Source: Planctomycetota bacterium
GTDB taxonomy: Bacteria; Planctomycetota; PLA2; JAEUHO01
Direction: 5' to 3'
Length of the DNA: 64,000 nt
Assembly (NCBI GenBank): GCA_965223505.1
Contig: CBDCWP010000033.1
Coordinates: 1 to 64,000, forward strand
Positions 57,446-64,000 of the stretch are shown piece by piece. The notes under the pieces are model-generated. The model saw only the letters and a program-made list of their open reading frames with translations, was not told the origin of the DNA and did no database searches. A program made the translations under genes and the position numbers. Position 1 is the first letter of the stretch; each line of letters starts with the position of its first letter.

Positions 57446-57625
57446 CTATTGCAAGAAGACTACGGCGACGATGAGGATGACTGCGATGATCAATCCGATG
57501 ATCAGCCCGACCGGCGGGGGGCCCTTGAGGCGCCCCTGATCGTCGAACTCCGACGCGACGAACGCGTCGTACTCGTCGTCGTCGAAGTGTGTGTCGGGGT
57601 AGTCGTCGAAGTCGTCGTCCGCCAT
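57446..57625 (-). CDS. Small acidic protein with C-terminal TM
   Basis: ATG overlaps the HNH stop; MADDDFDDY...GLIIGLIIAVILIVAVVFLQ. Confidence 0.6.
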   Translation of the reverse strand: MADDDFDDYPDTHFDDDEYDAFVASEFDDQGRLKGPPPVGLIIGLIIAVILIVAVVFLQ

Positions 57626-58209
57626 CACCGACGGCTCGACCCGTTGGCGCCGCGCACGAAACGATTCCAGACCGGGCGCTCGCGCAGCGACGTCGGATCG
57701 AGGCCGCCGGGCCAGCGCGGCGCTGCGGGTGTGCGCGTGAGCTTGAAGCCGATCTCCCAGGGCAGTCGGTCCGCCTTGCGGGCGTTGCAGCTGATGCAGG
57801 CGGTGACGCAGTTCTCCCAGCTCGTCGTGCCGCCACGCGCTCGCGGCAGGACGTGATCGATCGTCAGATCCCCCATCGAGGGCGCCGATGAACAGTACGC
57901 GCACTGGAATCCATCACGACGGTAGACGTTGCGGCGCGTGAACGCGACCGGACGATCCGGGAAGCCGTTGTAGACGTGCAGAACGATGACCTCGGGCACC
58001 GGAAGCCGGAACCCGACGCCCCGCAGGCTCCCGTTGTCGGTCGGCCCGCGTTCGATCCAGACATCCCAGTCGGCGACCTCGTACGTCGCGGGATGTACGG
58101 CGCCGGCGGCGCCCGTCGCCAGCAGCGCGACCGCGCGGCGCACCGTCGTCAACGTGACGGGCAACCAAGAGCGGTTCAGGACGAGGGTCTTCTGTTCGAG
58201 CACCCGCAA
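57625..58209 (-). CDS. HNH endonuclease (McrA-like)
   Basis: LVLN, RRNVYRRD...CAYC, TIDHVLP..RGG..SWENCVTAC..CN.RK. Confidence 0.9.
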   Translation of the reverse strand: MRVLEQKTLVLNRSWLPVTLTTVRRAVALLATGAAGAVHPATYEVADWDVWIERGPTDNGSLRGVGFRLPVPEVIVLHVYNGFPDRPVAFTRRNVYRRDGFQCAYCSSAPSMGDLTIDHVLPRARGGTTSWENCVTACISCNARKADRLPWEIGFKLTRTPAAPRWPGGLDPTSLRERPVWNRFVRGANGSSRR

Positions 58210-58257
58210 ATCCTACCGAGCGTCGAAGCTCGTGCCAGGACGCAGTGGCGGAACGTG

Positions 58258-59262
58258 TCAGGCGCGCTGGGTCGCGAGCACGAGACGAACGTCACCGACG
58301 AGCACGGCCGCGCGCGAAGCGAGACGCAGCAGCACCGCGAGCTCGATGACGACGAACATGACGAGGAGCGCAATCCAACCCTCGCCAGGCGCCCAATCGA
58401 CGAGGAACGAGAGCGCGAGGATGAGGCCGAAGGCCGGCAGTCCGAGAACGAGCGCGAGTCCGAACGTGCGAACCGGATGCCGCAAGGTCCGGCCGAATCC
58501 CCGCAGCAACGCCATCGCCGCGCTGCTGCGTCCGAACGCGACCATGTCGGCGCGCGCGAGATCGGCGGCGACGCGTAGCCACAGGAACGCCAACACCATC
58601 ACGCCCTCGCGAATGCGCGCGTTCCACCAACCGACGGACGAGGAGCTTGCGGCTTGCTCGTCGGGCTCGACGGCACCGGCCCAGACCTCCAAGACGACGC
58701 GCGCGACGATGTAGTACGTCACCGCGAACACGAGGCCCACCCGTAGCATCCGGCCGAAGTGGCGTCCGCCGTGGATGAGGAAGTTCGTGAATGACACGCG
58801 GCGAAGCGGCTCCATGGCGGTGCCGAGGTACCCGCCGTTGACGAGCGCGCCGAACAACCAGGCGATCAGAGCGACCCAGAAGAGTGTGATGCGCTGCGTG
58901 TCGAGGAGCGAGGCGTCGAGGCGTTTGAAATCCGACCAGATGCCGTAGTCGATGCCGCCTTGGTCCCACCCGGTCGAGACGTCGTACGCATCGGGCTCGC
59001 CGGCGAGCGCGGGCGCGTGCGCGTGCGTGTCGAGGCGCGCACCGAGTGCGGACTGGAACGGCAGCACGACCGTCAGTCCGAGAATCAGGTGAAAACCAAG
59101 GACGATGAGCAGCACGCGCCACGCGGACGTGAGATAGCGCAACCCGTCCTGAATCGGGGACCAGAAGCCCTCGTGATCGCCTGCGCGTTCGACCTCGACC
59201 TCCTGCGGATCGGGGAAGGGAGAGAGCGGCGTGTCCATGCCCGGATCGTGCTCGGCGGACAT
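58258..59262 (-). CDS. Membrane protein coupled to M1 peptidase
   Basis: Multiple TMs; 2 nt from the peptidase stop. Confidence 0.75.
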   Translation of the reverse strand: MSAEHDPGMDTPLSPFPDPQEVEVERAGDHEGFWSPIQDGLRYLTSAWRVLLIVLGFHLILGLTVVLPFQSALGARLDTHAHAPALAGEPDAYDVSTGWDQGGIDYGIWSDFKRLDASLLDTQRITLFWVALIAWLFGALVNGGYLGTAMEPLRRVSFTNFLIHGGRHFGRMLRVGLVFAVTYYIVARVVLEVWAGAVEPDEQAASSSSVGWWNARIREGVMVLAFLWLRVAADLARADMVAFGRSSAAMALLRGFGRTLRHPVRTFGLALVLGLPAFGLILALSFLVDWAPGEGWIALLVMFVVIELAVLLRLASRAAVLVGDVRLVLATQRA

Positions 59263-59264
59263 GA

Positions 59265-61646
59265 TCAAAGCCCTCCGTAGAAGGACGTGTTCAGCTGGGC
59301 CAAACCGAGCGCCCGCAACGCGACGCGCCACGACGCGACGTGATTCGCCTCCGTGCGCTTGCCGTCATTGGACCGGTCGCGGTCCAACCAGTACCGCCGC
59401 TGTGGGTCGACCTCCGCGATCGCGACCTTGGAGGCGCCCTCGAAGTAGAGCTTCACCCACTCGGATTGCTCGCCGCGCGCCGGCGTCAGGACCTCGGGAT
59501 CGCCCTTGCCGTCGGTGGCGCGCACGATGTCATCGCGCTCCCACCGGAAGTTTCGAATCGTCCCGTCGTCGAACGCGACGTTGACGTCCATGGGGAAGCG
59601 CACACCGGCGAAACGGCGAACGGTGACCATGCTGGCGAACCACTTGCCGTCCTGTTCCGGTGTCGGCGGGCGCGCGTCCTGGATGGTGATGTCTTGAATG
59701 CCGAAGTCGAACGCATTCGGTTGCCGGAACAGCTCGTCGAACAGCCACCCGATGTCCTCGTGGTTGTCCCGCGCCGCCACCTCTGTTGCCAGATCGAAGA
59801 AGTCCTCCGGCTTCGGATGCTTGAAGCGGTACGTCTCGGCGTACGTGCGCATGATGCGGATCATCGTGGGCTCGCTGACGAGGCCCTGGAGCGTGTGCAA
59901 CGACGACGACGGACGCCCGTAGGAATTGACGCCGTAGGACCTGCGATTCATGTACTCCCAGGCCTTGCGGCCGGCGATCGGGTCGACCATCGGCTGAGAC
60001 GCGACCCAGCTCCGATAGCGCTGCTTGACGGGGGCCGGCAGCGGCTTCACGTGCGACAGGAGCGGCGCATCGCGCAGGAACGCGAGAGGTCCGACCTGAT
60101 CGAACCCCGCCCAGAGGGAGATCGTCTCCGGCGGGTGGTTCACCCCGATGCCGCGCGAGATCGACCTGCCCAGGCCCGAACGTCCCCAGGGGACCTTGAG
60201 GTACTCGTCGAAGACGTGCGCGAGCGCGGGCATCGCGGCGCGGGAGTCCGCGGCCATGCCCGCGAACCGGAACGGCGGCTCCGAGTAGAGCGGAAGCGAG
60301 CCGTACCACGTCACGCTCGGCTGATCGGGATAGGCCCGCATGAGCGTCTTCGCGGTGGCGTAGGTCGTCATGCCTTCGTCCATCCACGCGCTCTCGAACT
60401 CGTTCGTGCCGACGAGGCCGTAGAAGTGCTGGTGCGCGAACTCGTGGACGAGCACGCCCTCCGGACTCATCTGCCGCGCGGGGCGGACGATGCGCGTGCC
60501 CCCCGTGATGAGGGTCGGGTACTCCATGCCGCCCGCGTCGCGACCGCGATGGTCGGGATCGACGACGGTGAGCGTCTTGTACGGATACGGCCCGAACCAG
60601 AATCCCATGTAGGTCAACGCGTTCTCGACGGCGTCGATGTGGCGCTGCAGCTGGTCTTCGTGCTCGGGCTGAAGCAGGTAGTTCACCGTCACCGTGGGCA
60701 ACGCGAGCGAGGCTTTCGGACGGCCGAGGATCTCCGCGACCTTGGCGTGCTCGTCCTCGCTGCGGCCGGAGCCCCCCTCGAAGACCTTGGTGTGCAGCAC
60801 GAAGTCCTTGCCGCAGACCCACGAGAAGTCGTGGACGTCGTTCACCCAGTGCTCGTAGGTGATCGTGCCGTCTTCGTTCTCGCGCTCGCTCACGCGCTCG
60901 CCGGACGCGCCGACCTTCCCCTTGTAGGCCTCCGGAACGGTGATGAACACGCGGTACTCGCCGTAGTCGGCGTAGAACTCGCTGCTGCCGTGAAACTGGT
61001 GGCAGTTCCAGTGCCATACCTCCTCGCCGTCGTGCTCGTGCATCTCGAAGACGCCCGGCTTGGGGAACCACTGCGCGACCATGTGGAAGTCGCCGCCGTA
61101 GCCCGTGCGCGCGAAGACGCGCGGCAGCTTGCTCTTCCACTTGAGGCGCAGCTTGATCTCGCCGCCGTTCGGCGCGATCCAGTCGGCGGGCGAGTCACCC
61201 AACGGCACGCGGATGACCGTCGTGTCTTGCTCGTTGTCGCCGTCCGGATGTGCGAACTCGGCCTTGTCGATCAGCTCGGGACCGCCGTCGCGCTTGAACG
61301 ACTCGAGCTCGATGTAGCCGGGGGCATCCTCCTTGAAGCGATGGCCTCGATGCGAGGCGCCGGACTCCATCATGAACTGCGTGTACTTGTCCTTGAACGC
61401 GTTCAGGTACAGGTGCAGCCACATGTCCTTCACGGGCACGGGCGAGTCGTTGCGCCACGTCAACGTTCCGGTCGCCTCGAACACGTGCGCCTTCGGATCG
61501 AGGACGACGTCGATCTCGTACTTCAGCGTGCGTTTGCTCTGCTCGGGCACGTCCGCCTCGAGCACCGCTTCCGGAATCCACCCCGGGCCGAAGTGCGCGA
61601 CGAGCGCCAGGCACCCCCACAGCAGCAACAACGTGCGACGCTTCAT
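59265..61646 (-). CDS. M1 family zinc aminopeptidase
   Basis: QWFPK, GGMEYP, HEFAH...WMDEG, FKHP. Confidence 0.92.
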   Translation of the reverse strand: MKRRTLLLLWGCLALVAHFGPGWIPEAVLEADVPEQSKRTLKYEIDVVLDPKAHVFEATGTLTWRNDSPVPVKDMWLHLYLNAFKDKYTQFMMESGASHRGHRFKEDAPGYIELESFKRDGGPELIDKAEFAHPDGDNEQDTTVIRVPLGDSPADWIAPNGGEIKLRLKWKSKLPRVFARTGYGGDFHMVAQWFPKPGVFEMHEHDGEEVWHWNCHQFHGSSEFYADYGEYRVFITVPEAYKGKVGASGERVSERENEDGTITYEHWVNDVHDFSWVCGKDFVLHTKVFEGGSGRSEDEHAKVAEILGRPKASLALPTVTVNYLLQPEHEDQLQRHIDAVENALTYMGFWFGPYPYKTLTVVDPDHRGRDAGGMEYPTLITGGTRIVRPARQMSPEGVLVHEFAHQHFYGLVGTNEFESAWMDEGMTTYATAKTLMRAYPDQPSVTWYGSLPLYSEPPFRFAGMAADSRAAMPALAHVFDEYLKVPWGRSGLGRSISRGIGVNHPPETISLWAGFDQVGPLAFLRDAPLLSHVKPLPAPVKQRYRSWVASQPMVDPIAGRKAWEYMNRRSYGVNSYGRPSSSLHTLQGLVSEPTMIRIMRTYAETYRFKHPKPEDFFDLATEVAARDNHEDIGWLFDELFRQPNAFDFGIQDITIQDARPPTPEQDGKWFASMVTVRRFAGVRFPMDVNVAFDDGTIRNFRWERDDIVRATDGKGDPEVLTPARGEQSEWVKLYFEGASKVAIAEVDPQRRYWLDRDRSNDGKRTEANHVASWRVALRALGLAQLNTSFYGGL

Positions 61647-63478
61647 GCGTACGCCTCCTCGATCAATCGCGCGTAGCGCTCGACGATGACATGGCGGCGA
61701 GGCTTCAGCGTGGCGGTCAGACAACCATTTTCGGGTGTGAGCGCCTCCGGGAGCAACCCCACGCGGGAAACCCGCTCGAACGGCTTCAGCGCGGAGGTCG
61801 CTCGAATGCACTCCTTGCGCAGCATCCGACGCTGCTCGGACGCGTCGACGTGGCCCGAGCCGCTTGCCTTCGCGACCGCCTCGGTGTCGGGCCACAGCAA
61901 GACCGCGAGCGTCTTGCGATCCTGGCCGACCACGATCGCCTGCTCGATCAGCGGCGACGCGAGAATCGCCTCCTCGACGCGGCTCGGTTCGATGTTCTCG
62001 CCGCCGGCCAGAACGATGGTCTCCTTGGCGCGGCCGCGGAAGCAGATGTCACCGTCCTCGGTGATCAGGCCCAGGTCGCCGGTGTCGAGCCAGCCGTCCG
62101 AATCGATGACCTGGTTCGTCAGCTCCTCGTCCTTGAAGTAGCCCTTCATGACGTGCGGACCGCGCGTGCAGATGATGCCGACCTCGCCCGCGGGCAGGAA
62201 CGCGCCCGTCTCGGGCGAACGCACGCCGACCTCGACCTCGTCCACTGTCACACCGATCGTCCCAAGGACGTTGCGATGCTCGCGGCGCACCGAGATGACG
62301 GGGCTCGTCTCGGTGAGACCGTAGCCGACGAGGATCGGGACGCCGATGTTGCGAAAGAAATGATCGACGTGCGCGGGCATCAACCCGCCGCCGGAGATGG
62401 CGCCGCGCAGCCGGCCGCCGGTTACCTTGCGCAGCTTGCTGAACACCACGCGGTGGGCAAGCCGGTCGGGCAGCAGCGCCAACAACGTGACCAGGCCGGC
62501 GGCGCCGCGAACGAGCAGCTCCGGGATCCACGCAACGCCGCGCGGACGACGGGGGCGATACACGTGCCCGCGCGCTCGATCCCATGCACGCGCCCGAACG
62601 GACGCGACCGCATAGCCGACGCGGAAGATCGCGCGGCGAACCGCCGATCCCTCGGTGAGCCTCTTCTGGACGGCGTTGTAGACGGTCTCCCAGATGCGCG
62701 GAACGGACGGCACGAACGTGGGCTCGTGCCGCGCGAGATCCTCACGGAAGCGCCGCTGATCCGTGTAGACGAGCCGGCAACCTGCGGTCAACGCGATGTA
62801 CTCGACCGTACGCTCGAAGATGTGCCACGGCGGCAGGATCGAAAGGAAGCACTCGTCCGACTTGAACTCGAACGCGTCGGGACACACCGCCGCCTGATGG
62901 CCGAGGTTCGACTGCGTCAGCATGACCCCTTTGGGTCGGCCGGTGGTGCCCGACGTGTAGATGATCGTGACGAGATCGTCCGGCTCGACGGCGGCCGCGC
63001 GTTCTTCGAAGAGCGGGCCGTCCCGGCCGTCCGCGATGAGCGCGTCGAGGGTCCGCGCGGGCGCGTCCTCGGGGTCGATGCAGATGATCTCCCCCATCGA
63101 CGGACAGCCGTCGCGCGCCTTCTCGAGCGCGTCCGCATGCCTCGCACCGTGGGCGAAGACGATGCCGACACCTGCGTGGTCGAAGAGTGCGACCATCTCG
63201 TCGACGGGCGTATCCGTGCCGCGAGGGACCGAGACGCCGCCGGCCAGCTGGATCGCGAGGTCGGTCAGGATCCAACGGCGGGAGTTGTCGGCGTAGAAGC
63301 CCACCTTGTCGCCGCGCTTCAGACCCGCGCGCTCGAGTCCCTCGGCCGCGGCCGCGGCATCGTCCAGCAGCTGGCGTAGCCCCGTTTCGCCGTCGCGATC
63401 GCGCAAGAGGGGATAGTCACCCCGCAGCTCGAGCGCGCGCTGAAAGTGGGCCGGGATCGTGCGCGCCGTGGCGGACAT
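61643..63478 (-). CDS. Long-chain fatty acid-CoA ligase
   Basis: IYTSGTTGRPKGV, GYGLTET, WLDTGDLG, GRAKE.IV..GGENI. Confidence 0.93.
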   Translation of the reverse strand: MSATARTIPAHFQRALELRGDYPLLRDRDGETGLRQLLDDAAAAAEGLERAGLKRGDKVGFYADNSRRWILTDLAIQLAGGVSVPRGTDTPVDEMVALFDHAGVGIVFAHGARHADALEKARDGCPSMGEIICIDPEDAPARTLDALIADGRDGPLFEERAAAVEPDDLVTIIYTSGTTGRPKGVMLTQSNLGHQAAVCPDAFEFKSDECFLSILPPWHIFERTVEYIALTAGCRLVYTDQRRFREDLARHEPTFVPSVPRIWETVYNAVQKRLTEGSAVRRAIFRVGYAVASVRARAWDRARGHVYRPRRPRGVAWIPELLVRGAAGLVTLLALLPDRLAHRVVFSKLRKVTGGRLRGAISGGGLMPAHVDHFFRNIGVPILVGYGLTETSPVISVRREHRNVLGTIGVTVDEVEVGVRSPETGAFLPAGEVGIICTRGPHVMKGYFKDEELTNQVIDSDGWLDTGDLGLITEDGDICFRGRAKETIVLAGGENIEPSRVEEAILASPLIEQAIVVGQDRKTLAVLLWPDTEAVAKASGSGHVDASEQRRMLRKECIRATSALKPFERVSRVGLLPEALTPENGCLTATLKPRRHVIVERYARLIEEAYA

Positions 63479-63493
63479 GGGCAGAGAGCCTAC

Positions 63494-64000
63494 CTATTTT
63501 TTCTTCGGGCGCGGGCAGTCGGGCACTTCGCGGAAGAAGGCGTGCTCCGGGTTGCGTTCGTCGCCGTAGATCTCCGTTGCGACGGCGCCGGTCACGGGCG
63601 CGTCCTTGGAGAGGGACATCACCCACGTGCCCTTGATGTCGAAACGCCGCATGACGACCTGGTAGACGAAATGCTCGCGGCCGCCCCAGCGCTTCCACAA
63701 CGGTCGAATCGAGTCCACGACCACCTGACTGCCACTGACCATGCCGAAGTCGTTCAGGGGATACAGGTTCAGGATCTCGGGGCCGTCGTCGGCGCCGCCG
63801 CAACCGCCGCGGCCCTCCCCGGCGCCGGCGTTGTGCAACCGCACCACGAGATAGGGACGCGTCTGTTGCAGATCGAGGTGCCCGGCGAGATGGTTCGGTC
63901 CTTTCGCCGGCCGCTCGACGCGGCGCACGACGACGAAGCAGCGTTCGTTGCCGGGATCGTCGGACCCCTTCCCGCGCACGCAATCACCGGGCATCGCCTC
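63494..64000 (-). CDS. Hypothetical protein, 5'-truncated by window edge
   Basis: Open frame to the edge with host-like codons, ending 15 nt before the ligase start. Confidence 0.55.
   Translation of the reverse strand, partial: EAMPGDCVRGKGSDDPGNERCFVVVRRVERPAKGPNHLAGHLDLQQTRPYLVVRLHNAGAGEGRGGCGGADDGPEILNLYPLNDFGMVSGSQVVVDSIRPLWKRWGGREHFVYQVVMRRFDIKGTWVMSLSKDAPVTGAVATEIYGDERNPEHAFFREVPDCPRPKKK

Noticed and set aside
57625..58209. HNH gene as a defence system or mobile element
   Set aside because: Common stand-alone family embedded in a housekeeping-like run, with no methylase, cas or mobility genes nearby.

Overview
A high-GC, gene-dense bacterial chromosomal window that looks like Planctomycetota (inference from 3 Ser/Thr kinases, 4 ECF sigmas including extended ones, prenyltransferase-repeat and HEAT/TPR proteins). 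It holds about 58 CDSs, two tRNA-Gly genes, an oxyR/ahpC-ahpD-dps peroxide-defence locus, a metal ABC operon, a secretin, a FliA/WhiG sigma factor preceded by a c-di-GMP-I riboswitch, and several REP-like or tandem repeats. Main observation: three unrelated genes that the ORF track splits in two each carry a single in-frame TGA exactly where their family has a catalytic or metal-binding Cys. They are OxyR (peroxidatic C199 position), an AhpD/CMD-like protein (CxxU) and a secreted HMA protein (UxxC). The OxyR and CMD genes share a near-identical SECIS-like hairpin downstream of the TGA, in different reading frames. This points to selenocysteine recoding, including a putative seleno-OxyR peroxide sensor. 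No selA/B/C/D genes are in the window, so Sec decoding remains an inference. No CRISPR array, rRNA or intact transposase/integrase was seen.
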